From assembly GCA_965203325.1 (NCBI GenBank), contig OZ241875.1, positions 96,001-160,000 on the forward strand: DNA of 64,000 nucleotides. Reading direction: 5' to 3'. Made by a program: the position numbers and the translations under genes. The notes below the pieces were generated by a model, which searched no databases, was not told where the DNA came from, and saw nothing but the letters and a program-made list of their open reading frames with translations. This document shows, piece after piece, positions 28,827 to 38,947 of the stretch; positions within the stretch are counted from its first letter, which is position 1, and every line of letters begins with the position of its first letter. Origin of the DNA: a bacterium (GTDB lineage: Bacteria > UBA8248).

Positions 28827-29603
28827 CTAGCCTCTCCACCTGTAGTATTCAAGCGATCTGAGCACGAGGAAACCACATAGGAGGTTGATGTTGACGAGAT
28901 AAATAATGTCGCGCGTGTCAATGATGCCCCGAATGAAATTTCGCAAGTGCATGCCCAACGAAAGATGCCTGAGAATCGAAGACAAGGGCTCGCTGGCCGC
29001 TATCGCGAGAGCTTCCACCAGGAAAGTTGCGAGAAGTATCATGAAGGCAATCATGGCCGCGACGATCTGGTTCGAAGTCCATGAACTGGCCAAAAGGCCA
29101 ACCGAAAGGAACGCCATGCCCGTCAATACCGTCCCCAGATAGGCCGAGGACACGATGGTCCAATCCACCTTGACGAAAGCACTCAGAATAATCGGATATA
29201 CAAGAGTAATCGCCAGCATTATCAAATAAATGAACAAAACGGAGAGGTATTTCCCGGCGAACAATTGTCCGTTACGCAGCGGGAGGGTGAGCATCAACTC
29301 CAAGGTGCCCTGCTTTTTCTCTTCACTGAAAAGGCGCATTGAAAGCAACGGAGCGACGAACAAGAGAATCACGGTGACGCTGGAAAAAACCGGTTCCAGA
29401 ACAGCTGAAGTCGGCGTGATGTTGTACTGTGCGGCCGCCTGGGGGTTTCTGGCCAATTGCATTGAAACGGTGGCATAGGACAGAAAAGCGCCGGAATAAA
29501 AGAAACCCATCAACACCGTCCATGCAGCGAGAATCACATAAGCGATAGGCGAGAAGAAAAACGAGGCGAGTTCGCGTCGGCATATAAAAAAGGTGTTATG
29601 CAT
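28827..29603 (-). CDS. ABC-2 permease (GldF-like)
   Basis: RELASFFFSPIAY, MRLFSEEKKQGTLELMLT.P, S.NQIVA, RGIID.RD. Confidence 0.9.
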   Translation of the reverse strand: MHNTFFICRRELASFFFSPIAYVILAAWTVLMGFFYSGAFLSYATVSMQLARNPQAAAQYNITPTSAVLEPVFSSVTVILLFVAPLLSMRLFSEEKKQGTLELMLTLPLRNGQLFAGKYLSVLFIYLIMLAITLVYPIILSAFVKVDWTIVSSAYLGTVLTGMAFLSVGLLASSWTSNQIVAAMIAFMILLATFLVEALAIAASEPLSSILRHLSLGMHLRNFIRGIIDTRDIIYLVNINLLCGFLVLRSLEYYRWRG

Positions 29604-30576
29604 TTACAGTTTCCTCATCGTGCTCCTGCTCCCCGCTCACGATACGAACAAAAAGGTCTTCCAGCGTCAGTCTCATCTGACGGATTTCCGTGAGCTTTCC
29701 CTCCGCCGCGTATACGGCGGCTACCAGGTCGGAGCGAATGTCATCACCGCTTTTTGCGTGCACTTCGAAATGCAATTCTTCCCCTGTGGACGTGCCGAGT
29801 CGTTCTACGCGCGAAACTCCTGGTACAGTTTTCAGTTTATCGGATAGCGTACCGGCGACCCCGGTTGCCGAAAGACGTATAGTGGAGTCCGCTTGCAAGT
29901 TCGCCGCCAAGGCGTCGAGTGCTCCCTCGGCTGCCACTCTGCCCTGATGAATAATCACAACGCGGTCACACACCATATTCACCTCAGGAAGAATATGCGT
30001 GCTCAGAATGAGGGTTCGGTTGCCTTTGAGTTCCGAAATTAAATTCCGGATCTCCACAATCTGAGCCGGGTCAAGGCCTGACGTGGGCTCGTCAAGAATC
30101 AACACCGGCGGATCGCTCACCATTGCCTGCGCCAAACCGACACGTTGACGATATCCTTTGGAGAGATTGCCGATGAGACGGTGGGCGACATCCTCGAGTC
30201 CGCAACTCCCGACCACCCTTTGAATGCCGGCGTCTTTTTCCGCGCCGCTCATTCCTTTCATAGAGGCCACAAAATTCAAATAAGCTCTTACCGTCATCTC
30301 TCTGTACAACGGGTTGTTTTCCGGGAGGTATCCGAGGTTTTTCTGGGCTTCCAGCGGTGATTCCGAGACATTGATGTCCGCCACCCAGGCGGAGCCGGAG
30401 TTTGGCGGCATATACCCCGTCAGAATGCGCATAGTCGTGGATTTTCCGGCGCCATTGGGCCCAAGAAACCCAAGCACCTCACCTTCTTCGACCCGGAAGG
30501 ATATATCTTCCACACCACGCAGGTTGCCGTAATACTTCGTGAGGTTTTCAACCCGTATCAACGAAGAACTCCCCAA
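29596..30576 (-). CDS. ABC transporter ATP-binding protein (GldA-like)
   Basis: GPNGAGKST, LSKGYRQRVG, ILDEPT, STH. Confidence 0.93.
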   Translation of the reverse strand: MGSSSLIRVENLTKYYGNLRGVEDISFRVEEGEVLGFLGPNGAGKSTTMRILTGYMPPNSGSAWVADINVSESPLEAQKNLGYLPENNPLYREMTVRAYLNFVASMKGMSGAEKDAGIQRVVGSCGLEDVAHRLIGNLSKGYRQRVGLAQAMVSDPPVLILDEPTSGLDPAQIVEIRNLISELKGNRTLILSTHILPEVNMVCDRVVIIHQGRVAAEGALDALAANLQADSTIRLSATGVAGTLSDKLKTVPGVSRVERLGTSTGEELHFEVHAKSGDDIRSDLVAAVYAAEGKLTEIRQMRLTLEDLFVRIVSGEQEHDEETVNA

Positions 30577-30750
30577 AAGAATCTATGCAAAATTATTCGC
30601 CGGCATCCAAGCCGCCCTGCTCTTCTTTATCAATCTGAGCGATTCATTTGTGTGATTAAAACATCCCGAAAACTTCTGAGGTGAACAGGAAAACCAATTA
30701 AATTCTTTATTATCAATACATTGGCACTCGATTGCCTTGAGTGCTAAGAT

Positions 30751-30779
30751 AAAATAATCGCTTGGACTCTTTTTGTCAA
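30751..30779 (-). promoter_or_regulatory. Candidate sigma70 promoter for the Gld-like ABC operon
   Basis: TTGACA-N17-TATTTT on the minus strand. Confidence 0.5.
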
Positions 30780-30833
30780 CCATATTCGAATATATTTCTG
30801 CCTCTCGCACGAATTACGGGGATGTCATCCTCG

Positions 30834-31838
30834 TCATTTCCCCATTTGCAAATCGCCTCGGATAGCGGCTTTCTTCAAAATGGCGGGAACATTCAGTATC
30901 CACGGCCCATCGAGTCGAAGCGATATCTCTATCTCTTCTCCTTTATTGAGCAAGTATTCCCGCTCCCCGTCAAAAGCCAACACGCGAGTATCCGGTGCTC
31001 GGTATTTTACAGTTTCTCCTGGTTTGACGACCTCGTGTTCCATCACCGGGGCGGCAGCAATCTGCCCGGGTCCAATCGGCGAAATGACGTGGTGGTTGGA
31101 TTTGCTCTTCGCCCCCAACTTCAACCACAGCCCCACGGCTTCGTCTGCATCTATCGGACGCAAACTCGCACCTAATGAAGAAAGTCCCAAACGCCCAGGC
31201 TCACTTCTCGTCAGCGCCAGCGAATCCACACGCCCTACATCCCAGATTGCACGCGCCCCATAGAACGATTCCTTGATAATGGCGATATCTATCAAGGCAC
31301 TTTCGAAATCGCCATCAAGGTTTACATGGAGCTGTTTCGACACCTTTTTCTCGCTTCTATAAACTCTTGGATAAAGGGCATATAAAGCCGCCGCCATACC
31401 GGCCACAGTCCCTTCCCAGGAAAAGGGGAAGGCATTGTTCGTTCCAGTCGACAAGGGGATCAAGGGAATTTCGTTACATCCTTTGGAGACAGCACGGCAG
31501 GTACCATCGCCTCCGAGAACAACGATGCACCGAACGCCCAGTTCATCGAGTTTGTGAGCCGCTTTGGTGGAGTCGGCCGTCTCTCCCCTGGCGTCCACTT
31601 CAAAGAGTTTTACGTTGGAGTTCTTGTTCTCATGACGAAAGCCATCCACTGCGACTGCGCCCAAGGAACCGAGATCGTTGAACATCAGGATATTATCCAG
31701 GCCCATCGCGGAAATACCCGCCATTACGCGGCGAAGCATCAATACCTTTTCGTTGTTGCTGAAAGAACTTGCCAACGCCACCAACCTGCGGATGTCTTTG
31801 CCTGATTGCGGGTTGGCTATGATTCCGACACTCGCCAC
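30834..31838 (-). CDS. AcoX-like NAD(+) kinase family protein
   Basis: VGIIANPQSGKDIRRLVA, LGGDGT.R, STGTNNAFP, EGTVAG, AFDGERE; likely start GTG 31838. Confidence 0.85.
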   Translation of the reverse strand: MASVGIIANPQSGKDIRRLVALASSFSNNEKVLMLRRVMAGISAMGLDNILMFNDLGSLGAVAVDGFRHENKNSNVKLFEVDARGETADSTKAAHKLDELGVRCIVVLGGDGTCRAVSKGCNEIPLIPLSTGTNNAFPFSWEGTVAGMAAALYALYPRVYRSEKKVSKQLHVNLDGDFESALIDIAIIKESFYGARAIWDVGRVDSLALTRSEPGRLGLSSLGASLRPIDADEAVGLWLKLGAKSKSNHHVISPIGPGQIAAAPVMEHEVVKPGETVKYRAPDTRVLAFDGEREYLLNKGEEIEISLRLDGPWILNVPAILKKAAIRGDLQMGK

Positions 31839-31955
31839 CTCTTCTCCTTTGCTTTTTGCCAAGAAAGAATTTCTGGATTCCTGTAGAATCAAGATTACAT
31901 CGAATCAACGCAAAGGGCGAAGCATCACCCGTGTTCCATTTCTCTGCTCAATGAA

Positions 31956-33323
31956 ATGACTCGCGATATGCAATCAAAACATCGAAGATCCCTCAAGAGA
32001 GAAGCGCGAGCCATCTTCCGGGCCGGACTGAATGCCGGTCATGCAGGTGAGGCTGTTTATCGTTATATGAAAATCGAAAAGGAACGAGGTCAGGAGTTTC
32101 TCGTTTGTGGCAAACAAAGAATATCTCTCAGTGAAACGGAGAGAATCCTGGTTTTAGGCGCGGGAAAAGCGAGTTCTCAGATGGCACGGGCAGTTGAGCG
32201 ACGTCTCGGAAATCGCATTGATGGAGGCGCGGTCGTCACCCAATATGGCTATGCGGAAAGATGCAAGCATATCGAGATTCTCGAAGCAGCCCACCCGGTT
32301 CCCGATATCTCAGGACTAGAAGCTTCCCGGAAAATAGAAAAATTGGCTGTGAGCGCCCGAAAAAAGGATTTAGTAATATTCCTGCTCTCCGGCGGAGGCT
32401 CGGCTCTGATGCCCGCGCCCGCACCCGGAATTTCTCTCGAGGATAAACAATCCGCCACGAATTCGCTCTTGCGAGCAGGCGCCCCAATTGAAGCTCTCAA
32501 TTGTGTGCGAAAGCACTTATCCGACCTCAAAGGCGGGAATCTGGCCCGGAAGGTTTTCCCTGCTCGCATGAGCGTTCTTCTGATCTCTGACGTGATCGGC
32601 GACCCCCTCGATGTGATTGCCTCAGGTCCTGCCATCGGGGATTCGACGACATTCTCTGAGGCAAAGGCGCATTTGGAGCGCTACGGAGTATTCCAGGAAA
32701 TGCCGAAAGCAATCAAAGAAAGGTTTGAAGCCGGTTGCAGGGATGAGATTCCGGATACTCCTGCTCCTGAAGACAAGATATTCAGGCGCGTAAGCCATCA
32801 TGTTGTGGCAAACAACAAGATCGCCCTTCGAGCCGCGTATGAGAAAGCAAAATCCATGGGCTACAATGTTAAGGTACAAACCCATTCCCTCAGCGGCGAA
32901 GCCAGTGAAGCAGGCAAATTCATCGCGAAAGACGCCAAGAGGATTTCAGGAAATCCCCCCCCAAAAAACACTCCTCAATGCCTTCTTTATGGTGGCGAAA
33001 CAACAGTAAGAGTGTTGGGAAATGGTGTTGGCGGCAGGTGCCAGGAACTCGCTCTGTCTTTCGCCATTGAAATTGGCGGCCACGAGAACATCTGTCTTCT
33101 CGCTGCGGGCACCGACGGTAGAGACGGCCCCACCGAAGCCGCAGGAGGGATTATCGATGGAAGAACAGTAAAAACGGCGCAAAATCAAGGGCTTGACCCG
33201 GATGCCCATTTGCGCGATAATAATAGCCATGATTTTCTCCGTAGGCTTCGTTCTTGTATATACACTGGGCCGAGCGGAACCAACGTAATGGATTTAGTGA
33301 TTTTGCTGGTGAATTGTCGTTAG
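31956..33323 (+). CDS. Glycerate 2-kinase (MOFRL/TtuD family)
   Basis: GAGKAS, AAHPVPD, LSGGGSAL, RKHLS.LKGG, SDVIGD..DVIASGP, GGETTV, GTDGRDG, TG..GTNVMD. Confidence 0.92.
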   Translation: MTRDMQSKHRRSLKREARAIFRAGLNAGHAGEAVYRYMKIEKERGQEFLVCGKQRISLSETERILVLGAGKASSQMARAVERRLGNRIDGGAVVTQYGYAERCKHIEILEAAHPVPDISGLEASRKIEKLAVSARKKDLVIFLLSGGGSALMPAPAPGISLEDKQSATNSLLRAGAPIEALNCVRKHLSDLKGGNLARKVFPARMSVLLISDVIGDPLDVIASGPAIGDSTTFSEAKAHLERYGVFQEMPKAIKERFEAGCRDEIPDTPAPEDKIFRRVSHHVVANNKIALRAAYEKAKSMGYNVKVQTHSLSGEASEAGKFIAKDAKRISGNPPPKNTPQCLLYGGETTVRVLGNGVGGRCQELALSFAIEIGGHENICLLAAGTDGRDGPTEAAGGIIDGRTVKTAQNQGLDPDAHLRDNNSHDFLRRLRSCIYTGPSGTNVMDLVILLVNCR

Positions 33324-33394
33324 CACTTAAATCTCAGCGCTTATCCGTGATCTCGCGGTTCGCCCAATCGTTGAGAATTCCATAGGACATACTC

Positions 33395-34165
33395 ATGAAG
33401 TATTTCCCTCCGGCCATTTTCGCCGTCGTGGCGATCTTTGCGGCCACCCTGCTACTTGGTTCTGCGTCCGCCCGGGCCGAAAAAATAGTCGTGACGGACT
33501 TCGCCTTAAATCCTGCCCAGAAAAATTCCAAACAATTACCAAAGGGATGGGCGCTCAAGGTATGGCATGGAAAGGCTGATGTTCAACTCATCCGGGATGA
33601 AAGCAGGCATGCGAAAGTGCTTCGGATGAGAAGCGAAAAAGCGTCCGTTTCTATTTACCGGGAAGTGAAAATCGACCCCAGAAAATTTCCGGTGCTTACA
33701 TGGAAATGGAAAGTGACGAAACTTCCAAAAGGCGCAGATGCGAGAAATGTCGGGTCCGACGATCAAGCAGCCGGCGTTTACGTCAGCTTTCCCCGGTTCC
33801 TCAGTTTCATCAACAGCCGGTTCATCGGCTACGTTTGGGAGACAAGCGTGCCTGAGGGCACGATTTTGAGAAGCCGCAAAAATCCGATGGTCCATTACAT
33901 CGTCGTCAGAAGCGGCGTTGACAATCTCGAAAAATGGATTACGGAAAAACGCAATGTAGTGGATGATTATCGAAAGGTATTCGGTTCCGAAGCGCCAAGA
34001 GTCGGTGGCGTTGCTTTGATGATCGATACGGACGATACGCTTTCCAATGCAGAGAGCTATTTCGCAAGCGTCGAATTCAAAGGCGATGCATCCAGGGTGT
34101 CTGTTGCCGAAGACTATGCTCATTTCGCTAAAGCAGCCGACTCCATCGCTTGGACATATGAATGA
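33395..34165 (+). CDS. DUF3047-domain exported protein
   Basis: Signal peptide, P.L.W.WKV, DDQAA.VYV.F, YVW, W..EKRNV..DY...FG, ALM.DTDDT. Confidence 0.8.
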   Translation: MKYFPPAIFAVVAIFAATLLLGSASARAEKIVVTDFALNPAQKNSKQLPKGWALKVWHGKADVQLIRDESRHAKVLRMRSEKASVSIYREVKIDPRKFPVLTWKWKVTKLPKGADARNVGSDDQAAGVYVSFPRFLSFINSRFIGYVWETSVPEGTILRSRKNPMVHYIVVRSGVDNLEKWITEKRNVVDDYRKVFGSEAPRVGGVALMIDTDDTLSNAESYFASVEFKGDASRVSVAEDYAHFAKAADSIAWTYE

Positions 34166-34257
34166 TGAAGAGCGGATTCGGTTTCATTCCGCTTGCAGAG
34201 CACTCTTGCTCAGCAAATAAACAAGGGAACGACTCGACCATACCGAGGTTTTGACAA

Positions 34258-35193
34258 TTGCCCGGAAGCGAAGCCTATGTTGGTTTTGATCTCGGGGGCT
34301 CTTCCCTCAAGGCATCGTCTTTCAGCCTGGATGGAGAATTACAAGAGCGTTGCTCGATTGATACGCAAAAGTGTCTAAGGGTGGAAGACTACCTCAACTT
34401 GTTCAATGAAGCTGCGAATTCACTCTCTTCAACAAAATGCCTCAAGGGGATCGGGGTCGCCGTCGCAGGCGTTCTGGATATGGATGCCGGTAAAGTCGTC
34501 GACTCTCCCAACCTGCCCATTCTTTGTGGAGTTCCCCTCTTGGGGATGTTGGAAGATTCTTTCTCCCCTATTCCGATTCATATGATGAACGATGCGAATG
34601 CCGCTGCATTCGGGGAATATTTCGCCGGCGTGGGCGAGGGATATGAGAGCATGTTCATCCTCACGCTGGGCACGGGCATCGGTGGAGGTTTTGTTCAGAA
34701 TGGAGAGATTTGGCGGGGCGCATCTGGAATGGCGGGAGAAATTGGCCACATTGTGATCGAAAAAAACGGCAAGCCTTGTACCTGTGGTTCTAGCGGGTGC
34801 CTGGAAGCGTACTTTTCGAGTTGGGCCCTTGTAAGAGACGCCAAGGCACACGGAATACGACATCCGGATTCCGCTATCGGAAAAGTTGAAAAAATATCAC
34901 CGATTTCCTTGGCGGAGCTCGCTGTTTCTGGAGACCATGCTGCAAGAGCAATATGGGAAAATGGCGGTCATGCGCTTGGCGTTGGAATCGCCAACATCAT
35001 GAATTTACTGAATCCAGCGAGCATCGTTCTCGTGGGAGGTCTGATGAATGCCAAGGAACATTTCCTGCCGAGTGCTCAGAGGGCTTGGGAGGCGAATTCT
35101 TTCGAGCAAGCGAGTAGTTCATCAAAAGTTTTTATTGGCAAATTAGGTGAATGGGCAGGTGTTCGGGGCGCCATTCAACCTTTTTTGCAATGA
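34258..35193 (+). CDS. ROK-family sugar kinase (glucokinase-like)
   Basis: FDLGGS, NDANAAAFGE, TLGTGIGGG, AGEIGH, CTCG..GCLE. Confidence 0.92.
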   Translation: MPGSEAYVGFDLGGSSLKASSFSLDGELQERCSIDTQKCLRVEDYLNLFNEAANSLSSTKCLKGIGVAVAGVLDMDAGKVVDSPNLPILCGVPLLGMLEDSFSPIPIHMMNDANAAAFGEYFAGVGEGYESMFILTLGTGIGGGFVQNGEIWRGASGMAGEIGHIVIEKNGKPCTCGSSGCLEAYFSSWALVRDAKAHGIRHPDSAIGKVEKISPISLAELAVSGDHAARAIWENGGHALGVGIANIMNLLNPASIVLVGGLMNAKEHFLPSAQRAWEANSFEQASSSSKVFIGKLGEWAGVRGAIQPFLQ

Positions 35194-35292
35194 GCACGAT
35201 ACTATTGTTCAACACATAGTTTCCCTCCATCGTCATTTGCCCTCTGATTATCCAGCCTTGGTATGTTCCGACAAAATTTCTCATTTTCCCTC

Positions 35293-35338
35293 TTGACAAA
35301 CAGAAAAGTATAGGCAACATTGTTAAATGAATTTAACA
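35293..35338 (+). promoter_or_regulatory. Candidate promoter (-35 TTGACA) and palindromic operator upstream of the DtxR-like gene
   Basis: TTGACA at 35293-35298; TGTTAAAT-GA-ATTTAACA (35321-35338) is a perfect 8-bp inverted repeat. Confidence 0.55.
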
Positions 35339-35393
35339 CTATCTGCTTTTACTTAACAGTTGTGTCTATTTCATTTCAGAAGGGGTTTACACT

Positions 35394-35948
35394 ATGACTC
35401 CACAGCCACACCACTCGCGCGGTTCCCTTTCGCCCAGCCTGGAACATTATCTTCGCGCCATATTCGATCTTCAGGAGAGCAAAGGTTACGCGCGCGTGAC
35501 AGATATCGCCTCTATGTTGGGTGTGGCGAAACCGGCGGTCTCAGCCGCGGTTAAGACACTCCGCTCTAATGGGCTCGTATCCCATCGTGTCTACGAGAGC
35601 ATTCTCTTGACAGAAGAAGGCGCAAAACGAGCCAAGGGCGTGTCGGGCAAATTCTCTATCTTGATGCACTTCCTGACAGACGTTTTGGGAGTAGAAGAAG
35701 AGCAATCCTTTGTAGACGCCTGCGTTATGGAGCATTACGTGAGCGGCAACTCCATCGATCGGTTTCTTGACCTGTTGCGCTTTTTCGAGGAACCGGGCAA
35801 TCAGGAAATCCTGGAGAAATTCCATCAGTTTCGTCGCTCATGCGAGAGCGTCGATACTTGCCCGACATGTTCTTACCATTGCGATATCAGTGTCATCGAC
35901 TTCGACGATATGTCTAAAAAAATAAAACAATCGAAACGACGAATTTGA
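35394..35948 (+). CDS. DtxR/MntR-family metal-dependent regulator with a C-terminal Cys cluster
   Basis: LEHYLRAI, ARVTDIA..LGV....V...V..L, LTEEG, FL..VLGV....A.C..EH; tail CESVDTCPTCSYHC. Confidence 0.88.
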   Translation: MTPQPHHSRGSLSPSLEHYLRAIFDLQESKGYARVTDIASMLGVAKPAVSAAVKTLRSNGLVSHRVYESILLTEEGAKRAKGVSGKFSILMHFLTDVLGVEEEQSFVDACVMEHYVSGNSIDRFLDLLRFFEEPGNQEILEKFHQFRRSCESVDTCPTCSYHCDISVIDFDDMSKKIKQSKRRI

Positions 35949-36030
35949 TTCATTTACAAGTTTTGTCCCTGGCTTATTCTGAAGCCAACTTCAAATAACA
36001 CGGCCAAATGGTCGACATTCTGAACAGGAG

Positions 36031-37110
36031 ATGAAATTTATGTTTGCTGCACTCAATGGAGCAAAATGCACCAAACGATTCCTTGGAATTTCCATGTTTT
36101 TCATTCTGGCCATGTTTACCATGGACAAGACCACGGCCAGCGCCGAAGAGGTTGTAAATCTCTATTCTTACCGGCAGCCTTTTCTCATTAAGCCGATCTT
36201 GAAGGCGTTCACTGAAAAAACAGGCATCAAGACCAATATCGTTTTTGCCAAAAAAGGCATGCTGGAGAAAATCAAGGCGACCCCAGGGGCGGCAGATGCG
36301 GTATTGACCGTGGATATTGGCCGCCTCCATGACATGGATGAAGCCGGATTGTTGCAGCCGGTAAAGTCGAAGGTATTAGAGCAGAATATCCCTTCATCCT
36401 ATCGCCATCCCGAGGGGCACTGGTTTGGCCTTACGACTCGCGGGCGCGTCATATACGCCAGCAAAAAGCGCGTAAAACCGGGTGCGATTACCCGCTATGA
36501 GGATTTGGCCGACCCGAAATGGAAGGGCAAAATTTGTACGCGTTCCGGAAAACACGTTTACAACGTATCTCTGTTCGCTTCCATAGTGGCGCATTCAGGC
36601 GAAGCGAAAGCCAAGAAATGGTTGATGGGTCTCAAGTCCAACCTCGCCCGCAAGCCAAGCGGCAACGACCGTGCGCAAGCGAAAGCCATTCACGCAGGAG
36701 AATGCGATCTCGCTTTGGCCAATACCTATTACATGGCGAAAATGGCAACCAACAAGAAAAAGAAAGTTCAAAGAGAATGGGCGAAAGCGGTATACATCGT
36801 TTTCCCGAATCAAAAGGACAGGGGCACGCACGTCAACATCAGCGGCGCCGCCGTTACCAAGCATGCGAAAAACCGGAAGAACGCGGTTCGCCTCATCGAG
36901 TTCTTGAGTGGGGAATATGCTCAAAAATTGTACGCTGACCAGAATTATGAATACCCGTTAAAAAAAGGCGTGAAGATACATCCACTCGTCGATTCGTGGG
37001 GTAAATTCAAGGCCGATACCATCAATCTGGCCGAGGTGGCGAATAAGCGGGCGACCGCCTCCAAGCTGGTGGACCAAGTGGATTACAACAACTTCAGTCC
37101 CAGTAATTAG
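36031..37110 (+). CDS. Fe3+ ABC transporter substrate-binding protein (FutA/FbpA-like)
   Basis: VNLYSYRQ, TVDIGRL, WFGLTTR.R, ICTRSG.H.YN, GNDRAQ, ANTYY, HVNISG, NYEYP. Confidence 0.92.
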   Translation: MKFMFAALNGAKCTKRFLGISMFFILAMFTMDKTTASAEEVVNLYSYRQPFLIKPILKAFTEKTGIKTNIVFAKKGMLEKIKATPGAADAVLTVDIGRLHDMDEAGLLQPVKSKVLEQNIPSSYRHPEGHWFGLTTRGRVIYASKKRVKPGAITRYEDLADPKWKGKICTRSGKHVYNVSLFASIVAHSGEAKAKKWLMGLKSNLARKPSGNDRAQAKAIHAGECDLALANTYYMAKMATNKKKKVQREWAKAVYIVFPNQKDRGTHVNISGAAVTKHAKNRKNAVRLIEFLSGEYAQKLYADQNYEYPLKKGVKIHPLVDSWGKFKADTINLAEVANKRATASKLVDQVDYNNFSPSN

Positions 37111-37120
37111 CCGCTAGTAT

Positions 37121-37177
37121 CAAGGCCCCAAAAGCCTTAATATCCTCCTTGCGGATACAGGGGCTTTTGGGGCCTTG
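37121..37177. promoter_or_regulatory. Long intercistronic hairpin (mRNA stabiliser or attenuator)
   Basis: CAAGGCCCCAAAAGCC ... GGCTTTTGGGGCCTTG, 16-bp perfect stem immediately after the binding-protein gene. Confidence 0.6.
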
Positions 37178-37238
37178 GTTTATCCAAGAAGACTCCGAGA
37201 GGTAATTTATCTAAAGAATATCTCGTAGCAGGGATGGC

Positions 37239-38933
37239 ATGAGTGCAGGTGCTGGATTGAACATAGAAGCCTTCCCTAGGCGTTTGGCAAAAAGGTTTCA
37301 ACTAGATTTCTGGACGAGTGGAACTCTTCTGCTCGCTTTTTTCATAGCGGTTCCCCTACTGGCAGTTAGTATATTCGCCCTTCAACCTAGCGGTGACATC
37401 TGGCACCACCTGCTCACAACCGTATTGTCGCGCTATGTAATGACCACAATCGGTCTGATGCTGGGAGTAGGCATAGGTACGCTTCTCATCGGTACCGCCA
37501 CCGCGTGGCTGGTTACTCTATGTCGATTCCCAGGACGACGAATTTTTGAATGGGCGCTGCTCTTACCCTTGGCGATGCCTACATATGTCGTGGCCTATGT
37601 GTATACCGACGTTTTTGAATTTGCGGGTCCGGTGCAGACTCTGTTGCGTAACGTCTTTGGATGGGAATCAAGTCGAGAGTACTGGTTTCCGGAGATACGT
37701 TCTCTTGGCGGCGCAATTTTCGTAATGACAATTACACTTTATCCGTATGTTTACCTGCTCGCGCGCGTGGCTTTTGTTCAACAATCGGTTTGCATATTGG
37801 AGGTAAGCAGGACTTTGGGCAAAACCGCGTGGCAGAGTTTTACTTCCATTGCCCTGCCCTCGGCACGTCCATCGCTGATCATCGGTGTGAGTCTGGTTCT
37901 AATGGAAGCGCTGAATGATTTTGGAACGGTTGATTTCTTTGCCGTGGAAACGCTCACAGCTGGAATTTTCGACGTGTGGCTCAACATGAACAATCTGTCA
38001 GGTGCCGCTCAACTTGCCGTTGTCGCCCTGTGTTTTGTCTTACTTCTATTGTGGGCGGAGAGAAAATCACGCGCCAATCAAAGGTATTTTAATACTTCCA
38101 CGAAATATCAAGCCCTCCCAAGTTACCAGTTACGAGGGGTAAAGATGTTGGGCGCTGTGAGCTCATGTCTGTTGCCAATCGGATTCGGCTTCATTCTGCC
38201 GGCATCTATTTTGGGCTATTACGCCTGGAACTATTATGAGGAAAGCGTTTCACGTGATTTCTACTCCATTCTTTCAAATAGCCTGGTTTTATCAATATTC
38301 AGCGCGTTCTTATCTGTATCGGCAGGTATTTTTCTGGCGTATGGCGTCCGGCTCCAGGAAAACCCGTTACTCAGATCTGCTGCCAGGTTCGCCAGTGTTG
38401 GATATGCTGTACCCGGTGCAGTTCTTGCCGTCGGCGTCCTGATTCCCATGGGCAAAATAGATGTACTCATCCAAGGGTTTTTCGACAACATTTTTGGCAT
38501 CTCCACAGGTCTGTTCTTCAGCGGCACAATCGCGGCCGTCACCTATGGATATCTGACTCGTTTCCTGGCGCTTTCCTATGGCACCATGGAAGCCAGCCTA
38601 CTGAGAATTACGCCAAACATGGATGGCGCTGCTCGAACACTGGGTCTGGGGCCTGGCAGAACCCTCAAGCACATTCATTTGCCTATGATTCGTGGCGGTA
38701 TCCTGGCGGCAGCGATACTGGTGTTTGTAGATACAATGAAAGAACTCCCCATGACAATCATATTGCGTCCGTTTAACTTTGAAACGCTGGCCACACAGGT
38801 TCACCAACTGGCTATGGATGAACTTTTAGAAGAAAGTGCACTTGGCTCTTTGAGCATCGTTGCGGCAGGTTTGTTGCCAGTCATTTATTTGAGCCGCACC
38901 ATCCGAGGGGTGCGCCCCGGAGCAGGAAAATGA
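37239..38933 (+). CDS. Fe3+ ABC transporter permease (FutB/FbpB-like)
   Basis: FPGR....W.L.LPLAMP.Y, YPYVYL..R, two EAA-like loops, DFG.V, GYAVPG.V.A, KELP.T..LRPFN. Confidence 0.92.
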   Translation: MSAGAGLNIEAFPRRLAKRFQLDFWTSGTLLLAFFIAVPLLAVSIFALQPSGDIWHHLLTTVLSRYVMTTIGLMLGVGIGTLLIGTATAWLVTLCRFPGRRIFEWALLLPLAMPTYVVAYVYTDVFEFAGPVQTLLRNVFGWESSREYWFPEIRSLGGAIFVMTITLYPYVYLLARVAFVQQSVCILEVSRTLGKTAWQSFTSIALPSARPSLIIGVSLVLMEALNDFGTVDFFAVETLTAGIFDVWLNMNNLSGAAQLAVVALCFVLLLLWAERKSRANQRYFNTSTKYQALPSYQLRGVKMLGAVSSCLLPIGFGFILPASILGYYAWNYYEESVSRDFYSILSNSLVLSIFSAFLSVSAGIFLAYGVRLQENPLLRSAARFASVGYAVPGAVLAVGVLIPMGKIDVLIQGFFDNIFGISTGLFFSGTIAAVTYGYLTRFLALSYGTMEASLLRITPNMDGAARTLGLGPGRTLKHIHLPMIRGGILAAAILVFVDTMKELPMTIILRPFNFETLATQVHQLAMDELLEESALGSLSIVAAGLLPVIYLSRTIRGVRPGAGK

Positions 38934-38947
38934 GGACCACCTTCTAA

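Noticed and set aside
30722..30744. Sigma54-like TGGCAC...TTGC motif
   Set aside because: GG-to-GC spacing is 9 nt on both strands rather than the required 10; better read as a small GCACTC/GAGTGC hairpin
35316..35340. dif site (TGTTAAAT resembles the XerD arm)
   Set aside because: No CATAA-N6-TTATG core or XerC arm; the palindrome fits an operator better
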